A stretch of DNA of 64,000 nucleotides, taken from NCBI GenBank assembly GCA_963666205.1, contig OY762654.1, forward strand, positions 2,688,001-2,752,000, written 5' to 3'. Position numbers and translations under genes: made by a program. The DNA comes from Synergistales bacterium. GTDB taxonomy: Bacteria > Synergistota > Synergistia > Synergistales > JAFGMB01. Position 1 is the first letter of the stretch; the number at the start of each line of letters is the position of its first letter. The notes beneath the pieces are model-generated. The model worked only from the letters and a program-made list of their open reading frames with translations. It did no database searches and was not told where the DNA came from. This document shows positions 12,456-22,873 of the stretch, one piece after another.

Positions 12456-13922
12456 ATGGACCTCTATCGTTTATCCGCTCATGAGATATGCAGAAAAGTG
12501 AAATCGGGAGAAATAACGGCAAGAGAAACCATCGAGTCTTCCCTTGGAAGGATAAACAGTCTGGAAAAAGGTCTCAATGCCCTGATAACAAGGATGGATG
12601 AAAGGGCATTGGAGAAAGCAGACCAGGTAGACAGAATGCTCTCCGTGGGAGAGGATCCTGGACTTCTTGCCGGAGTACCTGTTGTGATCAAGGATAATAT
12701 GTGTGTCCAGGGTATCAGAACGACTTGTGCGAGCAGAATCCTGGGGGACTGGAAGCCTCCTTTTACTGCCACTGTTGTTGCTGAACTTGAGAAAGAAGGA
12801 GCTATTGTCCTTGGTAAAGCCAATATGGATGAATTTGCCATGGGAAGCTCCACGGAGCACTCAGCCTTCGGACCCTGTAGCAATCCCTGGGATCCGGACC
12901 GGGTTCCAGGAGGAAGTTCAGGAGGCAGTGCAGTTTCTGTTGCTGCTGGATATGCCCCTATCTCCCTTGGTAGTGATACTGGTGGTTCCATACGGCAGCC
13001 AGCAGCCTTCTGCGGAACCTGCGGACTAAAACCAACTTATGGACTCGTGAGTAGATGGGGTCTGGTTGCGTTTGCTTCCTCTCTTGACCAGATTGGTCCC
13101 TTTGCAAGATCCATAGAAGATATTGCTCTTACCCTGCAGATTATTTCGAAACCTGATCCACGGGATTCAACCTGCAGTCCTTCTAAAAGACCTGATTATC
13201 AATCTGTTCTGGAGCGATCATCTCTTAAGGGAAAAAAGGTAGGGATAGTAAAAGAATTTATGGATTATGACATTGATCCCGAGATAAGGGGAGCCCTTGA
13301 GAAAACGATCGGAATTGCAAGGTCTGAGGGGGCAGAGATAGTGGAACTTTCCCTCCCGGTAATGGTCCGCTATGGTCTCGCAACATACTATATTATCGCT
13401 CCCGCAGAGGCCAGTTCGAACCTTGCCAGATACGATGGAGTCAGATATGGCATCAGCAGCGAGGCAGAAGATCTTATGGATATGTATCTGAAGATCCGTA
13501 GAGACGGTTTTGGAGAAGAAGTCAAACGGAGAATCCTCACTGGAACCTATGTGTTGAGTTCTGGATACTATGATGCATATTATCTTACTGCCCAGAAGGT
13601 TCGCCAGATAATGACCAGGGAATTTAAGGAAGCTTTTTCAAGAGTTGACACTGTTATAATGCCAACTGCTCCGACTCCGGCCTTCAGGAAGGGAGAACTA
13701 CTGGACGATCCTATCCAGATGTACATGGCTGATGTATTTACCCTTCCCATAAATATGGCAGGTCTGCCCGGACTTTCTCTAAATGCCGGTTATTCCCGTA
13801 ATGGGCTTCCCCTTGGAGTTCAGCTCATCGGTCCTAAATGGGGGGAAATGCAACTCCTGGCTGCTGCATCTGTTCTGGAGAAAAGTCTGGGATCATCCCT
13901 TATCGCAGGAGGTGATCAATAA
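12456..13922 (+). CDS. gatA: Asp/Glu-tRNA amidotransferase subunit A
   Basis: Amidase signature GGSSGGS, SDTGGSIRQPA, SSNLARYDG. Confidence 0.96.
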   Translation: MDLYRLSAHEICRKVKSGEITARETIESSLGRINSLEKGLNALITRMDERALEKADQVDRMLSVGEDPGLLAGVPVVIKDNMCVQGIRTTCASRILGDWKPPFTATVVAELEKEGAIVLGKANMDEFAMGSSTEHSAFGPCSNPWDPDRVPGGSSGGSAVSVAAGYAPISLGSDTGGSIRQPAAFCGTCGLKPTYGLVSRWGLVAFASSLDQIGPFARSIEDIALTLQIISKPDPRDSTCSPSKRPDYQSVLERSSLKGKKVGIVKEFMDYDIDPEIRGALEKTIGIARSEGAEIVELSLPVMVRYGLATYYIIAPAEASSNLARYDGVRYGISSEAEDLMDMYLKIRRDGFGEEVKRRILTGTYVLSSGYYDAYYLTAQKVRQIMTREFKEAFSRVDTVIMPTAPTPAFRKGELLDDPIQMYMADVFTLPINMAGLPGLSLNAGYSRNGLPLGVQLIGPKWGEMQLLAAASVLEKSLGSSLIAGGDQ

Positions 13923-15394
13923 TGTCCCTGCTTTTTACTCCAGTTATTGGACTTGAGATCCATGTACAGCTTGCCACGGCCAGTAAGATCTTCTGTTCAT
14001 GTTCCACTGATTATATCGGAGCTGTGCCGAATACTAATGTCTGTCCCCTTTGTCTGGGACTGCCGGGAACCCTCCCTGTGCTTAATGCAAAAGCAGTTGA
14101 GTACGGAGTTAGAGCTTCTCTTGCGTTAAATTGTACAGTGAGGGATGCCACAAGGTTCCATAGAAAGAATTATTTTTATCCTGATCTTCCCAAAGCCTAT
14201 CAGATATCCCAGTACGATCTTCCCCTGGCTGAAAATGGATTTATAAATATTACATCTGAGGATGGCACACTGAGGACAATTGGAATAACCAGACTGCACC
14301 TTGAAGAGGATGCCGGGAAACTTGTTCATGGAGCCAGCGATGGTCGTCTCACCGGTTCCTCCCAGTCATTTGTAGACTACAACCGGGGTGGTGTACCCCT
14401 TGCTGAAATTGTTTCGGAGCCAGACCTCAGGTCTCCATCTGAGGCTAGACAGTATGTATCTGTCATACGACAACTTGTAAGATATCTTGGAGTCTCGGAT
14501 GGAGATATGGAAAAAGGTTCGCTGAGAGTGGATGCCAATATCTCTGTAAAATGTTCGGATGGGAGATGGGGAGAGCGGGCTGAGATCAAAAATATGAATT
14601 CACTGAAAGCTCTTGAAAGGGCCCTTGAATATGAGATCAAAAGGCATATAAGGCTACTTTCAGAAGGGGGAATTATCATTCAGGAAACACGTCACTGGAA
14701 TGACTCCCAGGGCATAACCATTTCTTCGAGAAGTAAAGAGGAAGCCCATGATTACAGATATTTCCCGGAACCGGATCTACCCCCTCTTATCCTTCCTGAT
14801 GGATATGTAAAAGAGCAGAAGGATAAATTACCAGAACTACCATGGGATAGGAAGAGAAGATTCAAGGACTCCTATGGTCTGTCTGAACAGGATAGTGCTA
14901 CTCTTACGGAAAATCGTGAGATGGCTGATTTTTATGAAAACTGTCTTATATCAGGAGGTTCTCCTGAGAGGACTGCCAATTGGCTTCGCACGGAAGTCCT
15001 CCGTATCCTGAATGAGAAGAAGATGGATCTGAAAGATTTTCCCATTTCATCTCATATGATCGCTGAAATGATCGTGATGATGGATAATCGAAAATTGTCC
15101 AATACAGCTGCGAAGGAAGTATTTGAACACATGATAGAAAATAATTCTGACCTTCATTCAGCAATGTCCTTGTGTGGTATCAGAAAGGGAGGAATAGCCG
15201 GAGATCAGCTAATTGACCTTGTCAGGAATATCCTTGAAAAAAATAGTGATGTCGTTCAGATAATCAGATCCGGAGAGGACATTAATGGAAAGAAACAGAA
15301 ATATCTTCATGGACTTGTCATGAGGGAAACAAGGGGACAGGCTGATCCTTCTGAGGTTTCAAGGATATTGGCATCCCTTCTGGAAAACATCTGA
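13922..15394 (+). CDS. gatB: Asp/Glu-tRNA amidotransferase subunit B
   Basis: IGLEIHVQL, RKNYFYPDLPK, HLEEDAGK, DYRYFPEPDL. Confidence 0.96.
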   Translation: MSLLFTPVIGLEIHVQLATASKIFCSCSTDYIGAVPNTNVCPLCLGLPGTLPVLNAKAVEYGVRASLALNCTVRDATRFHRKNYFYPDLPKAYQISQYDLPLAENGFINITSEDGTLRTIGITRLHLEEDAGKLVHGASDGRLTGSSQSFVDYNRGGVPLAEIVSEPDLRSPSEARQYVSVIRQLVRYLGVSDGDMEKGSLRVDANISVKCSDGRWGERAEIKNMNSLKALERALEYEIKRHIRLLSEGGIIIQETRHWNDSQGITISSRSKEEAHDYRYFPEPDLPPLILPDGYVKEQKDKLPELPWDRKRRFKDSYGLSEQDSATLTENREMADFYENCLISGGSPERTANWLRTEVLRILNEKKMDLKDFPISSHMIAEMIVMMDNRKLSNTAAKEVFEHMIENNSDLHSAMSLCGIRKGGIAGDQLIDLVRNILEKNSDVVQIIRSGEDINGKKQKYLHGLVMRETRGQADPSEVSRILASLLENI

Positions 15395-15545
15395 TCGGTA
15401 GGTCTTTCAGGAAAAGCTGTACCTGGTTTGTTGACGATATGAGCATGTGTGCGTAAGATATTTCAAGTGAGTACAAGAAATGTGATAAAGAGGCTACATA
15501 TTTCATGCACTGAAAACACGGTTGCAACAGGGAGGTAAAAAGCGT

Positions 15546-17627
15546 ATGGGAAAACACAAGCCCCAAGACATAAGGAGTATAGCTATTGTTGCTCATGGAG
15601 GAGCAGGTAAAACTTCTCTTTCCGAAGCAATGTTGTTCAACAATGGAGATATTACCCGTATGGGAAGCATCGAAGGCGGGAACATGGTTTCTGACTTCAC
15701 AAGTGAGGAACATAAGCGGCAGATCTCTATCAATTCGGCCCTTTTGACTCTGAACCGGAATGATAAGGTCATTTACGTACTTGATACCCCTGGTTATGCT
15801 GACTTCATCGGTGAAATGCGATCAGCCATGCGTGTTTCAGATTCAACTGCCATTGTTATCAGCGGTCTTCACGGAGTAGAGGTGCACACTGGGAAAGCCT
15901 GGGAATTTTCTGAGGATTTCAACCTGCCCGTAGTTTTTTATGTAAGTAAACTGGACAGGGAGAACTCCGATTTCCAGAGAACTGTTACAGAGATTAAAGA
16001 AGAGCTTTCAGAGAAAGCTACCCCCCTATTCCTTCCAGTTGGCAAGGAAACATCTTTCAAAGGTGTAGTAGATGTTCTGAGAGGCAAAGCATATATTTAC
16101 AAAGGAGATGGTTCTTCGGCCTTTGAGGAAACGGAGATTCCCCCTGAGATGGCAGATGAAGTCTCATCTGCGAGAGAATCACTCATTGAGAACATTGTTG
16201 AAGCTGACGATGAGCTTATGATGCTTTATCTTGAGGGGGAAGAAATATCAGAGGATGATCTTCATAAAGCTCTCAGAAAAGCTGTAGCAAAAAGGATCGT
16301 ATTCCCAGTGATCCCTGGTTCCAGTACAACTAACGTAGGTGTTACCCAGTTCCTGGATTCAATTATCGATGTTCTTCCGGATCCTACGGAAACCAGGCCA
16401 AGGATCGCTCTGGAAGGTGAGAGTGAAGTCAAGATAAATCCTGACCCCGATGCCCCGTTTACAGCTCTCTGCTTCAAGATAATGGTAGACCCCTATGTGG
16501 GAAAACTATCATTCATCAGAGTCAATTCTGGAACCCTTAACTCGGATCATCCGATCTATAACGTTAACAGGGACGAAGAAGAACGTATAAGTTCTTTCAG
16601 GGTTATGAAAGGAAAAGAAGGAGAAGACTCCAAGGATGTTGTAGTTGGAGATATTGTAGCCATTCCAAAGCTTCATAGCACGCATGTAGGGGATACCCTT
16701 GCCCTGAAGGGTGCAAAGATGACCTTCCCGCCCATCAGGTTTCCAAAACCGGTTTACAGTGTTGCTCTTGAAGCCAAAAGCAGGGCAGATGAAGATAAAC
16801 TTTCCAGTGCACTTCACAAGATGCTTGAAGAAGATTCCACTCTTCAGTTCGTGAAAAACATCGAAACCAACGATAATGTTCTTTCGGGTATGGGAGACCT
16901 TCACATTGACATAGTCCTGTCAAGGATCAAGGAAAGATATGGAGTGGAGCTTGAAACGCACACCCCCCAGGTTCCTTATCGTGAAACTATCCGGAAATCT
17001 GCCAAGGCTCAGGGAAAACATAAAAAACAATCTGGTGGAAGAGGACAATATGGAGATGTTCATATCGAATTCATTCCTCTCGAGAGAGGTTCCGGTTTCG
17101 AGTTTGAAGATAAGATCGTTGGAGGATCCGTTCCAAAGGGGTATATACCTGCAGTAGAAAAAGGTTTGAGAGAGGTTATTAAGAAGGGAGTTCTTGCAGG
17201 CTTCCCGACAGTTGATTTTAAAGCCAGTCTTTTCTTTGGTTCCTACCATGATGTCGATTCCTCTGAAATGGCATTCAAGATAGCATCTCACCTTGCATTT
17301 AAAAAGGGAATGGCTGAAGCGTCACCTGTACTTCTTGAACCTATTATGAACGTGGAGGTTGTTGTCCCGGAGGATTACCTTGGCGATGTTATGGGAGATT
17401 TCAACAGCAGACGGGGGCGTATAATGGGTATAGACAGCAAAGGTAGACTCCAGGTGGTTAAAGCCCAGGTCCCCCTTGCTGAAATGTTCCGATACGCCAT
17501 TATCCTGCGATCCATGACTTCTGGAAGAGGTTTCTTCACGATGGATTATTCCCATTATGAGGAAGTTCCGGGAGATATTACCAAAAAGGTAATAGCTGCC
17601 CGCCAGGAGGAAGAGGAAGAAAAGTAA
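15546..17627 (+). CDS. Elongation factor G paralogue (EF-G2/FusA2-like)
   Basis: Full EF-G architecture (KKQSGGRGQYG, GSYHDVDSSEMAF) with divergent G motifs (AHGGAGKTS, RQISI, DTPGY); outside the str operon; ATG after GGAGG. Confidence 0.88.
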   Translation: MGKHKPQDIRSIAIVAHGGAGKTSLSEAMLFNNGDITRMGSIEGGNMVSDFTSEEHKRQISINSALLTLNRNDKVIYVLDTPGYADFIGEMRSAMRVSDSTAIVISGLHGVEVHTGKAWEFSEDFNLPVVFYVSKLDRENSDFQRTVTEIKEELSEKATPLFLPVGKETSFKGVVDVLRGKAYIYKGDGSSAFEETEIPPEMADEVSSARESLIENIVEADDELMMLYLEGEEISEDDLHKALRKAVAKRIVFPVIPGSSTTNVGVTQFLDSIIDVLPDPTETRPRIALEGESEVKINPDPDAPFTALCFKIMVDPYVGKLSFIRVNSGTLNSDHPIYNVNRDEEERISSFRVMKGKEGEDSKDVVVGDIVAIPKLHSTHVGDTLALKGAKMTFPPIRFPKPVYSVALEAKSRADEDKLSSALHKMLEEDSTLQFVKNIETNDNVLSGMGDLHIDIVLSRIKERYGVELETHTPQVPYRETIRKSAKAQGKHKKQSGGRGQYGDVHIEFIPLERGSGFEFEDKIVGGSVPKGYIPAVEKGLREVIKKGVLAGFPTVDFKASLFFGSYHDVDSSEMAFKIASHLAFKKGMAEASPVLLEPIMNVEVVVPEDYLGDVMGDFNSRRGRIMGIDSKGRLQVVKAQVPLAEMFRYAIILRSMTSGRGFFTMDYSHYEEVPGDITKKVIAARQEEEEEK

Positions 17628-17664
17628 TTCTTAAGAACCTGTATATTCTTTAAATATTCTAATA

Positions 17665-17698
17665 AAAAGGGGAAGTGCTGTTAAGCACTTCCCCTTTT
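17665..17698. terminator. Bidirectional intrinsic terminator
   Basis: aaaaggggaagtgct-gtta-agcacttcccctttt between convergent genes. Confidence 0.85.
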
Positions 17699-17715
17699 AT
17701 TGTTTGTTTATGGAT

Positions 17716-20700
17716 TTAATAGCTGAGTGGATTTGCGTGTAATTCCCTTCCAGCTGTCCTGGCAGTATTGGAAATTATCCACGCAAGATCTCTGGCTTCT
17801 CCTTTTGTAAAGGGGCCTGCCATTATATCTACCTGGCGGCCGCAGAGATTCGTAAAAGTTCCGTTCTTTTCGGCCCAGGATGTTAAAGGCAGGACGAATT
17901 CAGCCCATTCACAACTCTCGAAACGATTACTGTTAAGTATTACAAGGTTGTCGAGTTTCTGAAGATCTTCTTTCGTAAAACCAGCAGATAACGGGTCGAG
18001 ATCTACAGCAAAGAGGTTTCTGATCTGTCCATTTTTAACTCTTTCCAGAAGTTCCATCATGGAAAGAGAAGAGAGATCTATATTAATAGCTCCCTGCATA
18101 TTCGCTTCCCGGTAAAGGAGGAAGAAAGATTTCTTGTCAAGCTTTTCCATCAGCTCAAGGACTTTTTCAGTTCTCGATCTGCAAGCTGCAACTTTACTTC
18201 CCCACATTGTGACCAGGCCTTTGCTTTCGAGAAGCAGTTTTACACACCTGCCTATTTCAGTTGAAGAAATACCTGTCAGGGACTCCGTATGTTCGAGAGT
18301 ATACAGCTTCAGCCTGTCCTCATCATGACCTTCAGTCTTCCTGATCACTTCTGCAAGGATACCCTTAAGAAGATCTTCTTCTGTCCCTTGCTTTGGAGAC
18401 AGGACCATAGAGTCACCTTTCCCTAAAATTCCGGGATCGTTTCCAAGATAAATGACCTGGGTGGAGTTCTTCCTCATTGCACGTCTTATCCATGAAGAAA
18501 GCACGGGCTGTTCTTCATCGGTATCTGAATCTATAAGGAGAATGCAGTCTGCAGAGAGGATCTGGTCATAACCTGCTGTAGAACCATTAATTCCCCATTT
18601 TTCTTGTAGGGTTTCGATGCATGGTCTGAAGATATCAAAATCTTTTACGGTAACCGGAATATCCTGTAGAACTTCTCCTGTCAGGACCTTAAGTGCCTTC
18701 ATTTCTTCGTTGGTAAGAGATGCGCTGGTGAGGAATGCGGTGCTCTCCTTCCCTGTATTTTCAGTTATTTGTCCAATATCAGCAATTACGTCTTTCCATG
18801 CAACCTCAGTTCCATTGTGTAGAGGTGTAATGATCCTGTCCTTTGAAACATCTGTAAAGGAATATCTGCCCTTAACGCAGCAGTTGCCATAGGTCGGGGA
18901 AGCCGGATTGTCAAGATCAGTAGTTATACGAACGATTCTTTCCCTGGCGGTGTCAAGATTAAGGTCCAGTTCACAACCTACAGGGCATTTATTACATGTT
19001 GTTTTGACTATCTCTGGTTTTTCAGTATGTGGCCATCTGGGTGCCCGTTTTTCGACCAATGCACCTACTGGACATACCTGTGTGCAGAGTCCGCAGAAAG
19101 TACAATCCGAATCCTCAATAGGAACAAAGAACTGGGGAGCCATTACTGATTCAAATCCTCTTTTTGCAAAATCAATCGCGTGGAATCCGGCTATCTCGTC
19201 ACAGGCTCTGACGCATCTCCCGCAAAGGATACATTTATCCATATTTCGCACGTAGTACTCGTTTGCATACTCTTCTTTGGGAATATGTTCACCGGCGACC
19301 CTTGATGGATCCACCTCGTAATCGATGGCATACTTCCTGAGTTTACATTCAAAAACATCTTCACACCCGCATTCAAGGCATCTTGATGCATCTCTGAGAA
19401 CCTGTTCTTCAGTAAGGCCAGCGTTATATTCTTCAAAGGGTTTTGACATGCGTGTTTTTGCCTGGACATGAGCTGGCTGTTCCCGGGGTTGTTTTTCCCT
19501 GTCAGTAAAATCTTCAGGTCCAAGATCATCTCTTGTAACATCAAAATAGAAAGGTTTTTTAGCATAACCATGAGTAAGATAATGATCGATTGAATCAACT
19601 GCCCAGTGGCCATTTCCTATCGCTTCAATGGCTATCTTCGGACCTGTCTGCTGGTCTCCGCAAACAAAGACACCTGGAAGGGGAGTAGCGTAATCCTCAT
19701 TAACTATCATTTTTCTGCCGTCATGAATAGATCCTGGAAGACCTGTAAAGTCAGTTTTCTGTCCAATAGCTGCTATAACGTTATCAACATCAATTGAAAA
19801 TGTTTCTCCTGTTGCTACGGGTCTTCTTCTTCCAGAAGCGTCTGGTTCGCCAAGTTCCATCTTCTCACAGATGATCCTTTCGACTTTTCCCTTCCCTTCG
19901 ACTTTAGTTGGAGAAGCAAGGAAGATGAAATTGATGCCTTCTTCCATAGCTTCTTCAATCTCGATATCTTCAGCAGGCATCTCGGCCCTGGTCCTTCGAT
20001 AAATTACAGATACTTCTTCAGCCCCGAGTCTTTTGGCGCATCTGCAGGCATCCATTGCGGTGTTTCCTCCGCCTATAACCGCCACTTTCTTGCCAAGAAC
20101 TGCAGGATTTCCGCTATTAACTGTATAAAGGAAGTCAATGCCTCCGAGAACTCCAGGGAGATCTTCCCCTTCAGCTCTCATTGGAGAGGAGGACCAGCAA
20201 CCCATCGCGAGAAGAACTGCATCATTATCATTCCTTAGTTCATCAAGAGTTATATCTCTGCCAAGACATGTGTTTGTCCTTACTGTAACACCATGTCCTA
20301 ACAACCAGTCTATTTCACTCTGAAGGACATTCTGTGGAAGTCTGTAATCGGGAATACCATAGCGCATCATTCCACCAAGCAGAGGTTCCTTGTCGATGAG
20401 AGTTACCTGATATCCTTTGAGTCTCAGGTAATATGCAGCTGAAACTCCAGCTGGGCCTCCGCCAACTACAGCAACAGACTTGCCATTTTCCTTTATGGAA
20501 GGGATGGTTCCCAGAAATCCTTTTTCAAGGGCTACATCTCCGACGAATCTTTTTATCTCCCTTATGGATACAGGTTCTTCGTCCACGAAGTTTCTTCGGC
20601 ATTTTTCCTGACAGGGGGCTGGACATACCCTTCCTATACTGGCTGGAAGAGTTACATGTTCATGGAGTATGTCCAGAGATTCTTTGTATTTTCCCTGTGC

Positions 20701-21066
20701 AGCGAGATTAATATATGCCTGCACATTCCCATTTGCGGGACAGGTCAATGTACATGGCGGTCTGCAGTCACCAACATGGTCGGAAAGGAGGAGTTCCAGT
20801 GCAAGCTTGCGTGCATTTACAGCTCTTGCTGATCTTGTGTTGATTTCCATGCCATTAGAAATAGTAGCCGAACAGGCCCTTACAAGGCTTTTTGCTCCTT
20901 TTACTTCTACCAGGCATACTGAACACCCTCCGTGAACTGACAGGTGGGGATCATAACACAGAGTGGGTATCTCTATTCCACATTCGCTACAGAGATCGAG
21001 TATCTTCTGATCCGGTAAGCCATAAACTTCTTTCCCATTCAGGATTACTTTAACTGTTCTTTCCAT
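17716..21066 (-). CDS. Large Fe-S flavoprotein: NuoG-like N-terminus, GltD/NfnB-like FAD/NAD(P) module, 4Fe-4S domain and degenerate molybdopterin-oxidoreductase fold (StnC-like)
   Basis: IPTLC..CSVC, GRVCPAPC, GGGPAG, GGGNTAMD, CILCGRC and CTFCGLC motifs; no FDH Cys/Sec ligand motif. Confidence 0.8.
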   Translation of the reverse strand: MERTVKVILNGKEVYGLPDQKILDLCSECGIEIPTLCYDPHLSVHGGCSVCLVEVKGAKSLVRACSATISNGMEINTRSARAVNARKLALELLLSDHVGDCRPPCTLTCPANGNVQAYINLAAQGKYKESLDILHEHVTLPASIGRVCPAPCQEKCRRNFVDEEPVSIREIKRFVGDVALEKGFLGTIPSIKENGKSVAVVGGGPAGVSAAYYLRLKGYQVTLIDKEPLLGGMMRYGIPDYRLPQNVLQSEIDWLLGHGVTVRTNTCLGRDITLDELRNDNDAVLLAMGCWSSSPMRAEGEDLPGVLGGIDFLYTVNSGNPAVLGKKVAVIGGGNTAMDACRCAKRLGAEEVSVIYRRTRAEMPAEDIEIEEAMEEGINFIFLASPTKVEGKGKVERIICEKMELGEPDASGRRRPVATGETFSIDVDNVIAAIGQKTDFTGLPGSIHDGRKMIVNEDYATPLPGVFVCGDQQTGPKIAIEAIGNGHWAVDSIDHYLTHGYAKKPFYFDVTRDDLGPEDFTDREKQPREQPAHVQAKTRMSKPFEEYNAGLTEEQVLRDASRCLECGCEDVFECKLRKYAIDYEVDPSRVAGEHIPKEEYANEYYVRNMDKCILCGRCVRACDEIAGFHAIDFAKRGFESVMAPQFFVPIEDSDCTFCGLCTQVCPVGALVEKRAPRWPHTEKPEIVKTTCNKCPVGCELDLNLDTARERIVRITTDLDNPASPTYGNCCVKGRYSFTDVSKDRIITPLHNGTEVAWKDVIADIGQITENTGKESTAFLTSASLTNEEMKALKVLTGEVLQDIPVTVKDFDIFRPCIETLQEKWGINGSTAGYDQILSADCILLIDSDTDEEQPVLSSWIRRAMRKNSTQVIYLGNDPGILGKGDSMVLSPKQGTEEDLLKGILAEVIRKTEGHDEDRLKLYTLEHTESLTGISSTEIGRCVKLLLESKGLVTMWGSKVAACRSRTEKVLELMEKLDKKSFFLLYREANMQGAINIDLSSLSMMELLERVKNGQIRNLFAVDLDPLSAGFTKEDLQKLDNLVILNSNRFESCEWAEFVLPLTSWAEKNGTFTNLCGRQVDIMAGPFTKGEARDLAWIISNTARTAGRELHANPLSY

Positions 21067-21084
21067 AACGTCAGATATCCTCCC

Positions 21085-22854
21085 TTATTCCACGCTAACG
21101 GCGTTAACCGGGCAGACTTCTATGCATTTCCCGCAGCGAACACAGATACTGTCGTCAATTACATGGGGCTTTTTAATTTCTCCGGATATTGCATTGACAG
21201 GGCAGTTCCTGGCACATTTAGTGCAACCGATGCATTTTTCAGGATCAATACTGTATTTTATGAGAGAAGTACATACTTTAGCAGGGCATTTCTTATCCTG
21301 TATGTGGGCTTCATACTCTTCCCGGAAATACTTTAGAGTTGTAAGAACAGGATTGGGAGCTGTCTGACCAAGGCCGCAGAGTGAGCCATCCTTTATCTGG
21401 TAGGCAAGTTCTTCCAGTAGATCCAGATCTTTCATTTTCCCTTCACCTGTGGATATTCTTTCCAGAATTTCAAGCATCCTCTTTGTTCCGATTCTGCAGA
21501 AGGGACATTTGCCGCAGGATTCTTTCTGAACAAATGAAAGGAAGAATTTGGCAACATCTACGATACAGGTAGCTTCATCCATAATTACCATGCCACCTGA
21601 ACCCATTATGGCTCCAGTGGCATTAATGGATTCGTAGTCAACAGGTGTATCCAGGAGAGCTTCGGGGATACATCCTCCAGACGGTCCTCCAAGCTGGACA
21701 GCTTTGAATTTTTTATTGTTGGGGATACCACCGGCAACCTGAAAAATAACATCTCGCAGAGGCATGCCCATAGGAACTTCTGCCAGTCCACCCTTATTGA
21801 CTTTCCCGGCAAGGGCGAAAACCTTTGTTCCCCTGCTTCTGCCTATCCCATATCGGTTAAAGGCACTTGCACCGTTGGTTATGATCCAGGGAATATTTGC
21901 CAGGGTTTCCACGTTATTGATGTTTGTGGGTTTACCGAAAACTCCCTTATTGGCAGGGAAGGGTGGTCTGGGGCGAGGCATTCCCCTCTGACCCTCTATT
22001 GATGCTATCATAGCTGTTTCTTCTCCGCATACGAAGGCTCCTGCTCCTTCTTTAATGTGGATATCAAAACAGAAATCCGTTCCCATTATGTTATCACCAA
22101 GAAGTTTCTTTTCCCTGGCCTGCTCCAGAGCAGTGTTAAGATGTTTTATAGCAAGTGGGTACTCTGCTCTGCAGTAGATTATCCCTTCACTTGCACCGAT
22201 AGCATAACCTCCGATGGCCATGCCTTCTATTATGCTGTGGGGGTCCCCTTCCAGAACTGAACGGTCCATAAAGGCACCCGGGTCGCCTTCGTCAGCATTA
22301 CAGACAAAATATTTCATGTCTGATTTTGCCATATGAGCGAATTTCCACTTCAGGCCAGTAGGAAAGCCTGCTCCCCCTCTTCCTCGCAAACCGCTATCCA
22401 GAACCTCATTGATAACCTCCATGGGGCTCATTTCCTTGAGGGCTTTTTCCAGACCCTTGTAACCTTCTCTTTCAATATATTCATCAATATTTTCTGGATC
22501 TATGAGTCCGCTGTTCCTCAAAACTATACGAACCTGATTTTCTAGTCTTGGATTTTCAGGGGCTTCATCAGAATTATTCAGGACCACATATTTTTTAATG
22601 GTTTCACCCTGACCAATATGTTTTTCTACGATCTCTTCAGCTATAGCCTCATCGACCTTTCCATAGGTTATCCTGGAATTACCTTTTTCTATTTCAACAA
22701 GCGGTTCCAGATAACAGAAACCTATACAGCCGACTTTCTTGATTTCCACATCATCTCGATCTTTTAACATTTCAGTGAGTCTTTTATAGACAGGTTCGGC
22801 TCCTGCTGCAACACCGCAACTGGCCATCCCCACCTTTACCAGAGTCTTTGGCAA
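21085..22854 (-). CDS. NuoF/HydB-like NADH-binding flavoprotein subunit (StnB-like)
   Basis: GRGGAGFPTG, NADEGDPG, CGEETA, ESCGKCPFCR, C-terminal 2x[4Fe-4S]; TTG start after GGAGGTG. Confidence 0.9.
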   Translation of the reverse strand: MPKTLVKVGMASCGVAAGAEPVYKRLTEMLKDRDDVEIKKVGCIGFCYLEPLVEIEKGNSRITYGKVDEAIAEEIVEKHIGQGETIKKYVVLNNSDEAPENPRLENQVRIVLRNSGLIDPENIDEYIEREGYKGLEKALKEMSPMEVINEVLDSGLRGRGGAGFPTGLKWKFAHMAKSDMKYFVCNADEGDPGAFMDRSVLEGDPHSIIEGMAIGGYAIGASEGIIYCRAEYPLAIKHLNTALEQAREKKLLGDNIMGTDFCFDIHIKEGAGAFVCGEETAMIASIEGQRGMPRPRPPFPANKGVFGKPTNINNVETLANIPWIITNGASAFNRYGIGRSRGTKVFALAGKVNKGGLAEVPMGMPLRDVIFQVAGGIPNNKKFKAVQLGGPSGGCIPEALLDTPVDYESINATGAIMGSGGMVIMDEATCIVDVAKFFLSFVQKESCGKCPFCRIGTKRMLEILERISTGEGKMKDLDLLEELAYQIKDGSLCGLGQTAPNPVLTTLKYFREEYEAHIQDKKCPAKVCTSLIKYSIDPEKCIGCTKCARNCPVNAISGEIKKPHVIDDSICVRCGKCIEVCPVNAVSVE

Positions 22855-22873
22855 TATGGACACCTCCAAATAA

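Noticed and set aside
17716-21066. Formate dehydrogenase alpha or [FeFe] hydrogenase
   Set aside because: No Cys/Sec molybdenum ligand motif, no in-frame TGA, no H-cluster motifs
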